Shown: positions 40,213 through 50,044 of the stretch, one piece after another
Numbering within the stretch: position 1 is the first letter of the stretch
How the letters are laid out: the number at the start of each line of letters is the position of its first letter
Virus record (IMG/VR): IMGVR_UViG_3300045988_138926
Location: 17,121-81,120 of that record
Source: a virus
Length of the DNA: 64,000 nucleotides
Direction: 5' to 3' (one strand)
Position numbers and translations under genes: made by a program
The notes under the pieces: model-generated
Databases searched by the model: none
The model's input: the letters and a program-made list of their open reading frames with translations, nothing else
What the model was told of the DNA's origin: nothing

Positions 40213-40913
40213 TGCTTTCTAATTTTGTTAAATAAATACGTTTTTATGTTTTTCAATCGCTCTTTGTCTGTTTCAGAACTTCCGGTAAACAAATAATCCG
40301 GATTGCCTTTAGCTGGCGGCGTAGGCAATTTAGATACGGCAAACAACCAATCCATTTCCTTATTCTTCTTAGACTCCAAATAAGGCTCGGTAGCGATCTT
40401 AAATTTTTCAGCTATTAAGTCAAAGAGCTTTGAATTTTTAAGGTTCATATGAACTGAAAAAGCCTGAGAAGGCGGTTTCCATATGAAGTTGCATAAGCTC
40501 ATTGTATAATCTCCTGACTCTGCTATATAAGATTCCGTTACCTGAAGTATGACCTCTTTCTTGAATGAGGTGTTACCCATAAACCAACACAATCTGGATT
40601 CTGCTTCTTTTCTGCTGACACCTATGTCTTTTGAATATGATTCGTACATTCCTATCATAATCTTCAACGTTTCCAGAACCTCGTCTGTCATTTCCGGTGT
40701 CTCTATATAATTCACAAAAGACGTTCCTTTGTTGGTCAATCTCATCACGCCTGATTTTAATTTCTCAACCAGGCCAAGCTCTATATACCTCCCAGCATCT
40801 TCTTCCGGCATGGCTTCGATCATAACCGTATCCTTCTGTCTTATGGCAAGAAGATTGGCAAGATCATTAGGAGTCATGTCTGATGCTGCAAGTTGTCTGA
40901 AATTGATGTACAT
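40200..40913 (-). CDS. hypothetical protein, 237 aa, first gene of the ACP-NfeD-flotillin run
   Basis: ORF. Its stop overlaps the ACP start. Confidence 0.6.
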   Translation of the reverse strand: MYINFRQLAASDMTPNDLANLLAIRQKDTVMIEAMPEEDAGRYIELGLVEKLKSGVMRLTNKGTSFVNYIETPEMTDEVLETLKIMIGMYESYSKDIGVSRKEAESRLCWFMGNTSFKKEVILQVTESYIAESGDYTMSLCNFIWKPPSQAFSVHMNLKNSKLFDLIAEKFKIATEPYLESKKNKEMDWLFAVSKLPTPPAKGNPDYLFTGSSETDKERLKNIKTYLFNKIRKQWKK

Positions 40914-40915
40914 TC

Positions 40916-41197
40916 TTAATCAGCTTTAATAAAAATAACATTCTTGTTATCTTGTCTATCAACATGTCCACATGGACCAATAATTATGTCTGTACATGAA
41001 CAAGAATCGTAATCTTCGAATATACATCCATCGCATGTATCACCTTCCACACATTTCAATTTTACAAGTCCGGCAGTAAATACTTCTCCTACTTTAAATT
41101 CCTTCTTTTCCATATTCCCTCCTTGTTTTTTAACTGTTGTACCCTTCTTTAATAATCGAATTTCTACCGGTAGATACCGACTGTCGAAGATCGTCAT
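40916..41197 (-). CDS. Cys-rich small protein, 93 aa
   Basis: C..C..C clusters. Confidence 0.4.
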   Translation of the reverse strand: MTIFDSRYLPVEIRLLKKGTTVKKQGGNMEKKEFKVGEVFTAGLVKLKCVEGDTCDGCIFEDYDSCSCTDIIIGPCGHVDRQDNKNVIFIKAD

Positions 41198-41732
41198 GTA
41201 CAGAATCTACCGTAGAATACTTGTTTCTGGTTGTAAAAATCACTTCCAGCATCTCCTTGTAATCACCTAAAGCTACTTCGTATCTCGGATCTACTTTGGC
41301 TTTTCTTTCAGCCTCTGCATTACTTTTAGCCAGTTCTCGATCAAGAAGATCTTCTTTGATTCGGTCAGCAATCATATCAAGTTCTTTTTTAATAACTTCT
41401 CCTGCTGCCCGAAGTTGACCTTCTACGTCACCAAGCTGGTCTTGGACGGTACCTATTTCTTTCTTTAGACGATCGTATTCGTTAATCATACCCATATCAC
41501 CTGCATAGCCGGAAAAGTCCTTGATTATTTTGGTTCCTTCTTTAAGGAGCTCAATGACTCGTCTTTTACGTTCTCTGCTTATTAAAGACGGAAGACGATA
41601 ATTCATATCCGCCACCGCCTTATCATGTATGGAGTTGATTAAAAACATCTCTCTTTCATCCCCTGCAAATTCAGTAAGAACCAAAAGGAACTTACTTATC
41701 AGGTATTCGTTTTCTTCTACTGTTAGTCTCAT
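41130..41732 (-). CDS. hypothetical coiled-coil protein, 200 aa
   Basis: ORF. Confidence 0.5.
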   Translation of the reverse strand: MRLTVEENEYLISKFLLVLTEFAGDEREMFLINSIHDKAVADMNYRLPSLISRERKRRVIELLKEGTKIIKDFSGYAGDMGMINEYDRLKKEIGTVQDQLGDVEGQLRAAGEVIKKELDMIADRIKEDLLDRELAKSNAEAERKAKVDPRYEVALGDYKEMLEVIFTTRNKYSTVDSVHDDLRQSVSTGRNSIIKEGYNS

Positions 41733-41747
41733 GGTTCTTATTTTTTT

Positions 41748-42881
41748 TTAATACAATGACTGTTCTTCTTTTGTCTCTTGTTCTTGTTCCTGATTGTCCG
41801 TAACATCTTCCACAGTATAGAGCTTGGGCGGCGTCGGCGGCTGGTTGGGGTTCACGAACTTCGTCCCTCCCTCCCCGTACATCCATCCATGCCCCGGCAA
41901 GATCTCTGGGTGGATTGTATTAGTAAGCTCTTCCATACTAACTTGCCTTACCTTCAGTATATGATGAAACACCAGTCCGGCTGTCCTGAATGATGTTTTG
42001 TTTTCAGTTTTAAACCTATCAAGAGTCTGATACCAATCTTTCCCAAATATCATATACTTATCCAGCCCGTACCTACGAGGATTGTGCAAACCTATCATTA
42101 ACGTACATAACTGACCCAGCGTATCAGACTGGTAAAAATCAGAAAGACGCGGAGGCTGCTCTTGTGGGCTTTTTATCCTTCCTTCTATCTCTCTGTTGAA
42201 TTGGGATATGATGAGGAAAAATATGTTTTTATATACTAATTTAGCTTCGTTCATAACCGCCACCAAATCATCTATAGCCGACTTAGGATCTAACCCCATT
42301 CTTTTTATCAAAGCAATATGATCGACTTTAAATATTATAAGACGTTTGTCTTTATGTTTGGTAGCTATATGATACACAGCCGCCTCAAACTCTTTTACCG
42401 TACACGGAGCATCGATGTATATTATATTATTCCTGATTTCACCTTGAAGGATTTCAAACATCCTCATCTCTTCTACTGTATTAGAATCTTGCCTTCTTAA
42501 TATTTCAGGAGCCCGCTTTTTCATATCCTGGCTCATTCTACGAAGAAGAAGATCTTGAGGATTCATTTCGAACTCGCAATTAACAAGAAAATAATCTTCT
42601 GCTTGCGGGTTGATCATCGGATTCATCACATTTTCCAATATCTTTTGGGCCACATACGATTTACCCACAGATGGCCGAGCCCCTATGGCAATAGCATGCT
42701 GAGGGAAAATACCTCCAAGCAAAGCCTCATCAATATAATCGTATCCGGTTTTAGCGGGGATAAGCTCTCCCCGCCTGTATTTTAAGATATTCTCATACGC
42801 CTCTTCCATAACCTGTTTGGAGGTTTTGAATATCCTTCTTATATCTATCCTATTTGCTATCTCCTCGTGCATTTTTGTCAC
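41748..42881 (-). CDS. DnaB-like replicative helicase (RecA-fold C-terminal domain)
   Basis: AIAIGARPSVGKSYVAQKI is the Walker A; VNCEFEM is equivalent to the SLEM motif. Overall DnaB C-domain pattern. Confidence 0.6.
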   Translation of the reverse strand: MTKMHEEIANRIDIRRIFKTSKQVMEEAYENILKYRRGELIPAKTGYDYIDEALLGGIFPQHAIAIGARPSVGKSYVAQKILENVMNPMINPQAEDYFLVNCEFEMNPQDLLLRRMSQDMKKRAPEILRRQDSNTVEEMRMFEILQGEIRNNIIYIDAPCTVKEFEAAVYHIATKHKDKRLIIFKVDHIALIKRMGLDPKSAIDDLVAVMNEAKLVYKNIFFLIISQFNREIEGRIKSPQEQPPRLSDFYQSDTLGQLCTLMIGLHNPRRYGLDKYMIFGKDWYQTLDRFKTENKTSFRTAGLVFHHILKVRQVSMEELTNTIHPEILPGHGWMYGEGGTKFVNPNQPPTPPKLYTVEDVTDNQEQEQETKEEQSLY

Positions 42882-43161
42882 CTTTTGTATCCGATTTGGA
42901 TCCCCTATTAGCTTTTACTGATTTATACCTAAGACCGTTTTTGGTATGAGAACAATCTTTGCCTTTCCTCCAGCTTTTGCCTTTCTTCTTGTCCGTTTCG
43001 TAGTTTTTACGACCAAGCTCCCGGCGTTTGGCTTTCTGTTCCGGTCTGGCATTTATCTCCTTGTCCTTTTTAGCCTTTTTCTTCCTGGCTTCGGGATGAG
43101 TCCTGTAGTACTCTGTTGATCTGCCCATCTTCTTACATTTTTTTGATTGATAATAGCACAA
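42850..43161 (-). CDS. highly basic Lys/Arg-rich small protein, 103 aa
   Basis: KKKAKKDKEINARPEQKAKRRELGRK... Confidence 0.4.
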   Translation of the reverse strand: MCYYQSKKCKKMGRSTEYYRTHPEARKKKAKKDKEINARPEQKAKRRELGRKNYETDKKKGKSWRKGKDCSHTKNGLRYKSVKANRGSKSDTKGDKNARGDSK

Positions 43162-43179
43162 AGATAGGCAATTCTCGCC

Positions 43180-43746
43180 CTATTTCAACCTGCCGTAACT
43201 CATATCAGGATCACACCAGACATACCCGTCTTTCTCATCATGAAGATACTCAGGACATCCTCTACATGCGCTACTTCCTGACACTATTTGATTGTTTTTA
43301 TTAGGGCACTTATCTCCAGGTTTATGCCATTCTATTCTCGAACTTGATCGCTCTTTGTTTACATGACAGAATTGAAATACTTTTCCCATCGTCTTCTCGC
43401 CAAACATACCTATATGTGTGTATTCTTCCGGTATAGAGAGAAATTCAGATAAATCTTTATACATCCTTTCCCGTTCCTCCGGCGTAGACCATAGTCTGTC
43501 AAGTTCGGCATGGACTCTTATCTTAAGAGATCTCAGTGATGGCCCCGCAAGCCGGCCTTTAGCTTTTCCCTTATTCGGCCCTGATTCATGAACACCGACA
43601 TAAGCGTTGCATGGTTTACACATCATAACCATCCCTAAGCCTTTTCTGCTATATATTTTATCGGCATTGACCAACTCGGTTTCTCTTCCGCAATAAGGGC
43701 AAATTTCGCCTCTTAAAATCCGTTGTTGCCGCACATTGAGTTCCAT
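43180..43746 (-). CDS. zinc-finger protein, 188 aa
   Basis: CPYCG...CKPC and C-terminal CRGCPEY motifs. Confidence 0.5.
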   Translation of the reverse strand: MELNVRQQRILRGEICPYCGRETELVNADKIYSRKGLGMVMMCKPCNAYVGVHESGPNKGKAKGRLAGPSLRSLKIRVHAELDRLWSTPEERERMYKDLSEFLSIPEEYTHIGMFGEKTMGKVFQFCHVNKERSSSRIEWHKPGDKCPNKNNQIVSGSSACRGCPEYLHDEKDGYVWCDPDMSYGRLK

Positions 43747-43991
43747 ACTCTATCCTTTTGTTTCTCTTTAAACTTTTCATACAAACTGCTTTCAGTTTCC
43801 ATTTCCGAGATCTCCACCTCTACGTCCTCTCTTTTGAAAATTACTTTCTTGGCTGTAGGATACGCACATTTAGAGATACGAATAGCATTACGAATAGCGT
43901 AAACAAAATACGTTTCTGGTGATGATTCGATCACCACTACCTCGTTTAAAGTGTTTTTATAATTTTCCATGTTGTTATCTACTTGCTTCAA
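43713..43991 (-). CDS. hypothetical protein, 92 aa
   Basis: ORF. Confidence 0.4.
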   Translation of the reverse strand: MKQVDNNMENYKNTLNEVVVIESSPETYFVYAIRNAIRISKCAYPTAKKVIFKREDVEVEISEMETESSLYEKFKEKQKDRVWNSMCGNNGF

Positions 43992-44328
43992 TTACACACC
44001 CTGGATTATCTTCACATGCCTCTTTGTATTCGATAAGAAACTTAAGAAATGAATCATAAGACCCCCATCCGTTTTCTGGTTCGTATCTCAAAAGACTCTT
44101 TCTCTTGGAGATCATAATATATATACCTTTTGTGAGTATCTTCACCATCTCCTTAGTATCTATTTCCCTGCCCAATTCTTCCGGTCTCCAAACATAATCG
44201 TATAGTGTTTCTTTGTTTTCTGATACGAATATTTTTTGTGCCATCTTGTTCATGTTGTGGGTGATGTTTGCAACCCATTTACGATCCTCTTCTTTCTTCT
44301 TGCTCTTAATATAAACGTCCAGGCTCAT
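43975..44328 (-). CDS. hypothetical protein, 117 aa
   Basis: ORF. Confidence 0.45.
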   Translation of the reverse strand: MSLDVYIKSKKKEEDRKWVANITHNMNKMAQKIFVSENKETLYDYVWRPEELGREIDTKEMVKILTKGIYIMISKRKSLLRYEPENGWGSYDSFLKFLIEYKEACEDNPGCVIEASR

Positions 44329-45319
44329 AATATTTCTCTTTTACTTTGTTATTAATTATCAAATCTGCCACATCATCTCCGTCCCCTACATTCTCAACAC
44401 TCTGAAGATAGTCCGATACTTTTATCCTTGACTTCATCATCATCCCATCTATCTTTTTACTCCATGTGTCAAATGCTTGTCCTTTGTCCGGAAAAGCTAC
44501 AGTCTTTCTATCTTTTAAAACATCTATCACTTCCGGTCTTAAGTTCTGCAACCCACCGGTAGCTACAAACAACTCATCTGGTTTATTCACGGCGCATATA
44601 ATAGCCGTCTTTTCTGACTCCACCAAATTAACTACCTTATCTGGATACTGGCTTAGAAGATGTTCTCCAAACAGGCATTGTCTAAGCAAGAAGTCTCTTG
44701 CATGCAACGAGTGATAAAACATGACATGAGGTCGCTCATTGTCACCGTCTTTTTCCTTCACTCTTTTTACATCAATCTCATTCCCCTGGCTGTCGGTCTT
44801 TATATAAAAATCCATAATCTTGCCGGTTCTGCATACAAAGTCCTTATCTATCTGCCAGAATATACAACACCCTTTCCATCCCCATAAGTCCATTGTTCCG
44901 ACATGATACCTTCTGAATACATCAGATACCCTTTCTTTTCCCCATAGAGACGATAAAAATCTAAATACGGTGTTTCTATCGTCTGGGACTACAGTCCTCT
45001 CAAACTCGCTAAAAGGTATGTAATTTACAACGTCAGGATTTATAGGAGGACGATAAGCTCTTATACACTTATTTCCCGAAATCCAAAGATCTTTGTCACC
45101 TACATCCTTACCAGTGGGTCGTTTATCGTAACCGCAAGTCCGTTCGTGATCGCATCTTCCGAACTCGTTTCCAACAACCTGACCTGTTGCCACATCAATA
45201 TAAGGAGTGAGGCACCGGCTTTTCCCGCAAGCCGGGCAGGTCAGCTTTAGTCGGCTCCTGCCAGGCCTGCGGTCAAGTTGAAACCGGGGTACGTTTTCGT
45301 ATCTTCTAAAATCAAGCAT
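44306..45319 (-). CDS. zinc-finger plus TOPRIM-like protein, putative DNA primase
   Basis: CPACGKSRC...RCDHERTCGY zinc ribbon. Then LVESEKTAIICAVN...TVAFPDKGQ, resembling the TOPRIM E...DxD pattern. Confidence 0.4.
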   Translation of the reverse strand: MLDFRRYENVPRFQLDRRPGRSRLKLTCPACGKSRCLTPYIDVATGQVVGNEFGRCDHERTCGYDKRPTGKDVGDKDLWISGNKCIRAYRPPINPDVVNYIPFSEFERTVVPDDRNTVFRFLSSLWGKERVSDVFRRYHVGTMDLWGWKGCCIFWQIDKDFVCRTGKIMDFYIKTDSQGNEIDVKRVKEKDGDNERPHVMFYHSLHARDFLLRQCLFGEHLLSQYPDKVVNLVESEKTAIICAVNKPDELFVATGGLQNLRPEVIDVLKDRKTVAFPDKGQAFDTWSKKIDGMMMKSRIKVSDYLQSVENVGDGDDVADLIINNKVKEKYYEPGRLY

Positions 45320-45328
45320 AATGCTTAT

Positions 45329-46648
45329 TTATATTACAAATCTTTTAGACATTTCCTCAGCAATATCATATACGACAATATGATCCTCTTCATTGTAAGG
45401 CTTATTGATATTCAGCACTCCCTTTCTCACTTTGAACCTCTTGTCTTTTCTGATATGATTCAACATCCCTTGTTGGAATACACAGTCTGCCTTCTCCATA
45501 GCAGCATTTTTATCAGACCATTCTTTTAGCGTATAACCTTTACTGTTCGTGCTTTTTGGAGAAAAATTCATAATACGTGCATCAATTCCGTACCAGTTTT
45601 TAACCATTCTCCTTTCAGCCTCCAATTGAAAAGCATGTTCATTTCGTATGTCACCTGATTTAAAATCTAAGATAACAATCTCTTCTTTCTCCACTTCTCT
45701 CACTTCCTTCTTCGGATCTCCTTTTTTGAACTGCCCCGTAGCCCTTTGATATACGGCTCCAAAATAACCTTCTTCTTTGTATTTGAATGTCATTTTAACC
45801 ATCGCATCAATAGGTGTTGCTACAAGGTAATCCTCTAAAGAAAGGATTCTTTCTATCATCATCGGCTTAACCTTATACTCCGAACAAAACTTAGCAAACT
45901 TCATAACTCTGACAATCATATCGTCAAGATCATCTATGCTACCAAAGAATTTGTCAAGATTCTTTTTCGATATCTTCAGCTTGCCTTCTTGCACTGTCTT
46001 AACTATAAAACTTCGATTTAAGACCATATCTCTACCTGTCAAGTACAATCCATATAGGTAGTGCATGATCGTTCCTTTATCTGCATCATATTCTGATACT
46101 TCTTCCGGATTGCGACCAATCATCCTCATCTCCTGTCTCCATTCTTGAAGAGCCGTCTTGTCATCTACGAATCCGTCTCTGATCATGGTTGTTACCGAGG
46201 CGTATATCTTGGCTGTCCCATCGTCCATCTTTCTTACATAAAAACGATTACCGTCTAATGTCAATCTTACGAATTTGGGAGTCTCGATCTTCTTTAACTC
46301 ATCACAGATATAAAACGGTTCTAACGTTTCCTGATTTTCTGTAAACGGATTCGAATCCTCTTCTCCAGGGTTAGGAGCGGCTTCCTCCTCCGGAGCTTCC
46401 GGTTCCTCCTTCTGGGCCTGCTCTGGCTCAGGCGCCGGCTCTTCAACTACTGGAACCTGTCCACCTCTTTCCGCTATGTCTCTGTTCTTTATTAAAGACA
46501 TAACCTCCTTCTTCAACTGCTCCGGTGTTTGATTAGGATCTGACACCGACATCACAACATCGTTCATTCTAAACAACGTATTTCCTTTTCCCTCCACCAT
46601 AGGTACAAACCCTAAATCTGTCAATATTTTTATTTTCTGTTCTATCAT
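45329..46648 (-). CDS. hypothetical protein, 439 aa, possible PD-(D/E)xK nuclease domain
   Basis: Acidic Pro/Glu linker, then ATPIDAM...EIVILDFKSG...QLEAERR motifs compatible with a PD-(D/E)xK fold. Confidence 0.55.
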   Translation of the reverse strand: MIEQKIKILTDLGFVPMVEGKGNTLFRMNDVVMSVSDPNQTPEQLKKEVMSLIKNRDIAERGGQVPVVEEPAPEPEQAQKEEPEAPEEEAAPNPGEEDSNPFTENQETLEPFYICDELKKIETPKFVRLTLDGNRFYVRKMDDGTAKIYASVTTMIRDGFVDDKTALQEWRQEMRMIGRNPEEVSEYDADKGTIMHYLYGLYLTGRDMVLNRSFIVKTVQEGKLKISKKNLDKFFGSIDDLDDMIVRVMKFAKFCSEYKVKPMMIERILSLEDYLVATPIDAMVKMTFKYKEEGYFGAVYQRATGQFKKGDPKKEVREVEKEEIVILDFKSGDIRNEHAFQLEAERRMVKNWYGIDARIMNFSPKSTNSKGYTLKEWSDKNAAMEKADCVFQQGMLNHIRKDKRFKVRKGVLNINKPYNEEDHIVVYDIAEEMSKRFVI

Positions 46649-46730
46649 CGCAATTTCTCAATTAATTCCTCTTTAACATAATACAACACAGTTACAGTCT
46701 CATCAATATCTGTGGCTGCTTTCTCAAATA

Positions 46731-47252
46731 CTATTTGGGGTTATATCTGTCAATTATTTCAATAATCAACCTACCTCTTTCTTTAATCATTCCCCTGCTT
46801 TCCATATCCAGTACCTTCTTTACCGCATATTTCCACACAAAAGGAAATTCTGTTTCAAGTTTATCAAATTCTATCCGGTCAAGATACATGTCGAATACCG
46901 TATGCTCCGATTCATGTAGAAAAACTATATTATCTCTGCAAGTGGCAACCGACTTATATATCCTTTTCGGAAGTATGTGACATACGTTACATACTGTAGG
47001 AAAATGAATAGCCCTACCAGTCATAGACATCCGAATACTATTTAGCTCTTCCAGCATAAGACGAAAAAACCCGGATAAATCCGGGCTCTCTAACTTTTTC
47101 TTCTTGCTGCTGTTTTTAATGGATGTAATTCTGTTTTTCTTCTTCGGAGTCAACTCTTTGCTCCTGCAAGCCTGGCATAAGCCATGACTTCTTATCATCA
47201 CTTTTCGTCCGCATCGTTCGCAGACGTATAGCTTCTTTTCCTTGCTTTCCAT
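46731..47252 (-). CDS. zinc-ribbon protein, 173 aa
   Basis: CERCGRK...CQAC at the N-terminus. Confidence 0.5.
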   Translation of the reverse strand: MESKEKKLYVCERCGRKVMIRSHGLCQACRSKELTPKKKNRITSIKNSSKKKKLESPDLSGFFRLMLEELNSIRMSMTGRAIHFPTVCNVCHILPKRIYKSVATCRDNIVFLHESEHTVFDMYLDRIEFDKLETEFPFVWKYAVKKVLDMESRGMIKERGRLIIEIIDRYNPK

Positions 47253-47437
47253 TCGAATAATAATGATATTATTGAAAAGAACAATCCCGCTGAAGCCAGT
47301 AGATAAGGTACGTTCATTAATAATTTAGATACCTCGTCTGTCTTAATCACTATCAGAAGGAAAGCGCCTGCTGAAAGCAATGATATTATCGCCACAACAA
47401 GCGCTATGTTGGAAACTACATCAGCCTTACTCTTCAC
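47198..47437 (-). CDS. small membrane ORF, 79 aa
   Basis: Two hydrophobic helices. Overlaps its neighbour. Weak. Confidence 0.3.
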   Translation of the reverse strand: MKSKADVVSNIALVVAIISLLSAGAFLLIVIKTDEVSKLLMNVPYLLASAGLFFSIISLLFEWKARKRSYTSANDADEK

Positions 47438-47924
47438 TCTTCTTCTCGCCTAATTTTTCAGCTCCCTTCTGAAGATCGTATTTGAATACGTCAATGATCT
47501 TCGTTTCAGCAATAGCTTCGCAATTCCAGTCTCCTAACGTGCCCTGCATACCTTTAGTTAACACAGCTTCGGCATCTTTAGGATTGCCGGCTTGGACATA
47601 CATATAGCATGGCGTTTTCTTTTCTTTACCTTTCTTTTCATCCAGTGTAATGTAATTCACCTTGCACTTATACCAGTACTCAGCTTCTCCGTTGAAAAAG
47701 ATTTCTGACACTTTAATAGGGTTAATTTTTACAACCTCGAAAGAATTGTACAAATCCTTAAAGATCTCCAACGATCTTGATTCTGCCTCTGTATAAGACA
47801 AGGCATCTACCAAATACTTTTCAGTTACTTTCTTTTTTTTGCCGTTCTCGATATTATCAATCTCGGCTTTTACCGTAATTTCAAACCAACGATTCATGTC
47901 TATATTTTTATTCAAATTAATCAA
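47427..47924 (-). CDS. hypothetical protein, 165 aa (TTG start in track; the ATG at codon 10 is a more likely start)
   Basis: ORF. Confidence 0.5.
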   Translation of the reverse strand: MINLNKNIDMNRWFEITVKAEIDNIENGKKKKVTEKYLVDALSYTEAESRSLEIFKDLYNSFEVVKINPIKVSEIFFNGEAEYWYKCKVNYITLDEKKGKEKKTPCYMYVQAGNPKDAEAVLTKGMQGTLGDWNCEAIAETKIIDVFKYDLQKGAEKLGEKKSEE

Positions 47925-49147
47925 TCCATTTCCTTTTGTACCATAAAGCGTTTACACCTTGATAATTTCAATTTCTTGTATGTAATATCTCTTTGGTTTT
48001 TACCATCAATATCTCGAATATTAAAACTACCGGTTTTACGCCTTGCAAATATAAAGTAATAACTGTTTTCAAACATAACCCTATCAAACAATCGGAAACC
48101 AAAAACTTCAAAAGGAGATTGATTTGGTCTTTTTATCCCTCCTTTTGGAATCTTTTGTTTATGGATCTGACGATTATGTCTTCTTACTAATCTTACTTTA
48201 TAATAATAACCTAACCTTATAGCATCAAAGTTTTTAGAAATAACAAATGCATCGAAAACATGAGATTTTTCAATACCATGTTTAATCCTATTGTATTTTG
48301 TAACATAACCGAAAGTCATAGAAATGTTGTCGTATTTAGATTTTAGTTCTTCATACAATCTCCATTTCATTATTCCCATTACGGCTGCGTCGCGAAGCGA
48401 CTTGCCTCTTCTGATCTTTAAATCTATATTACCTTTATGGTATTCTTTATGACAAGTTTCACATAAGGTAATAAGATTAGATGGGGAATCTCCACCTGTC
48501 TTTCGTGATTCAATATGATGAACATTCAATACTGGGTCTTTTGACTTTCCCTTACAATGCTGGCATTTATGTCCATCTCTTGCTAAAACATATTCCCTAA
48601 CGTTCCAAAATCCAAGTTGATCACCCTCCTGATATTCTTTACCTGATATATTAGGATTGTTAATCTTTTGAGTATCAAATTGAGCTACTTCGATAACAAT
48701 ACGAGATATTGGTAATATAGAACATACATTGTCAATAACACGAATATGGGCGTCTACTTTGTATTTCACCGAAGGTGCTACCCATCCCGGACGCTTACTT
48801 TTTATTCTATTATCAAAACGAGGTTTTCTATATCTCAATCTATTTCGTCTTGATCTTCGTAGCTCCCTTCTGGTAGACAAAAGATCTACAATATCATTTC
48901 TAAGGATTACTTCACTACTGTAAAGTTCTTTGCTTTTCGTTGTAGCCGATAAACCAACATGTTTAGTACCAGCATCAACGCCTAACACAATTTCTTGTTT
49001 GTAATCAGATGTTACGTACATTAATTTGATGGTAAACGGACATAGGTTTACAACGACTGCCTTTTTGTCTTTAAGCAGTCTCCTAACCTTACCATGCCTT
49101 GTTGTGGGCATCATAGGTTTACCATTTATGTCTTGTACGTACACCAT
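47921..49147 (-). CDS. iscB: IscB, RNA-guided HNH+RuvC nuclease of the IS200/IS605 (OMEGA) family, 408 aa, catalytic residues intact
   Basis: PLMP-like N-terminus (KPMMPTTRHGKVRRLL). RuvC-I IVLGVDAGTKHVGLS. Arg-rich bridge helix RRELRRSRRNRLRYRKPRF. RuvC-II IVIEVAQFD. HNH CQHCKGK...NVHHIESRKTGGDSPSNLITLCETCH. RuvC-III HVFDAFVIS. Confidence 0.85.
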   Translation of the reverse strand: MVYVQDINGKPMMPTTRHGKVRRLLKDKKAVVVNLCPFTIKLMYVTSDYKQEIVLGVDAGTKHVGLSATTKSKELYSSEVILRNDIVDLLSTRRELRRSRRNRLRYRKPRFDNRIKSKRPGWVAPSVKYKVDAHIRVIDNVCSILPISRIVIEVAQFDTQKINNPNISGKEYQEGDQLGFWNVREYVLARDGHKCQHCKGKSKDPVLNVHHIESRKTGGDSPSNLITLCETCHKEYHKGNIDLKIRRGKSLRDAAVMGIMKWRLYEELKSKYDNISMTFGYVTKYNRIKHGIEKSHVFDAFVISKNFDAIRLGYYYKVRLVRRHNRQIHKQKIPKGGIKRPNQSPFEVFGFRLFDRVMFENSYYFIFARRKTGSFNIRDIDGKNQRDITYKKLKLSRCKRFMVQKEMD

Positions 49148-49175
49148 ATCTACAAACGTTTTTAATGTTTATTCA

Positions 49176-49387
49176 ACATAAGTCAGAGTGAAACTCTGTT
49201 AGTACCCATCGCCAATGTTATTTAAGGTTTTTTTGTAAGCAACACTGTTCCTGAATACCAGAACTGTTTAATCACTTACCTTAGAGCTACAGACTTGGGC
49301 AAACATCCGCAAGTAACTATCTATTCTTAAATAACGTAGTGTTTGTTTCAACACTTAGGCTAATAATCGGAATAGCTTTTGGCTATT
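49176..49387 (-). ncRNA. omega-RNA (HEARO-type) scaffold upstream of iscB
   Basis: Lies 29 nt upstream of the iscB start. Hairpin-rich (cagag-tgaaa-ctctg; agtgtt-tgtttc-aacact; aatagc-ttttg-gctatt). Has a covarying paralog at 37312-37523. The guide segment is expected just beyond 49387. Confidence 0.6.
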
Positions 49388-49600
49388 ATGCATAATACAA
49401 TACAAATTGGTTATGATTTGTATGAGTTATGTATTATTCTCGATTATTCGTAGCTACGAAATACTTACACCCCTCTAAGTGCGTCAGGGCTTCAATTATA
49501 GCATTCTTTATCTCTTTTTCTTCCATTATGTTTGTTTTTTTTGGACAAAGATATGTCTTTTGATAATAAAAAAGATTCAAAATGATTTAATTTAGCTTAA

Positions 49601-50044
49601 TTACTGCTCTTTTGATTCGTCCGGTATAGGCATGTCAAACTTTTTTCTGATAAACGACTCTGTTTCTTCATTGAATGGATAGGCTTCCTTAATAAAATTC
49701 ATAGCTACTTCCATGTCACCGTCTGCTATATCTTTATACCTTTCAAAGATACCAACCAGGTCATTGTTGTATGAACGTTCTTGTTTTATGTTGTACACGT
49801 ATTTCAATACCCTGTCTTTAATTTCATTGGCTTTTTTCACAGTATCATTGAAGGAATTTGCACTTTCCAATTCTGGATCTTTGTTTTCCTTGTTTACCTT
49901 ATCAAACTCTTCCTCGCTATATCCTGCTTCTCCTGTAATGGCTGGGCAAACACTTTCCTCTATGATCCAAAATTGTTCATACGAGCCTGTCAGAAACCTT
50001 GATTCTATTTTAAATGCATTATATTTAACAAGCAAATTAGCCAC
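49601..50044 (-). CDS. hypothetical ORF, 147 aa, between iscB and tnpB; may overlap the TnpB right-end/omega-RNA region
   Basis: ORF with no HuH transposase motifs. Confidence 0.35.
   Translation of the reverse strand: MANLLVKYNAFKIESRFLTGSYEQFWIIEESVCPAITGEAGYSEEEFDKVNKENKDPELESANSFNDTVKKANEIKDRVLKYVYNIKQERSYNNDLVGIFERYKDIADGDMEVAMNFIKEAYPFNEETESFIRKKFDMPIPDESKEQ

Larger units (their letters stand above)
47921..49420 (-). mobile_element. IS200/605-family IscB-only element (omega-RNA plus iscB); exact ends not determinable
   Basis: Inferred from the IscB gene plus upstream omega-RNA. No TnpA present. Confidence 0.5.

Noticed and set aside
37312-49387. Idea that the two omega-RNA copies are ends of one 12-kb composite transposon carrying the flotillin cluster
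   Set aside because: The interval includes core replication genes (DnaB-like helicase, primase-like protein, nucleases) in a continuous co-oriented array. Both copies are in direct orientation with no nuclease at the distal copy. Independent elements, or a duplicated omega-RNA, are more parsimonious.
49601-50044. 147-aa ORF between iscB and tnpB as a TnpA (Y1 HuH) transposase
   Set aside because: No HuH histidine pair or catalytic Tyr context. It probably overlaps the TnpB right end/omega-RNA region. Kept only as a low-confidence hypothetical ORF.
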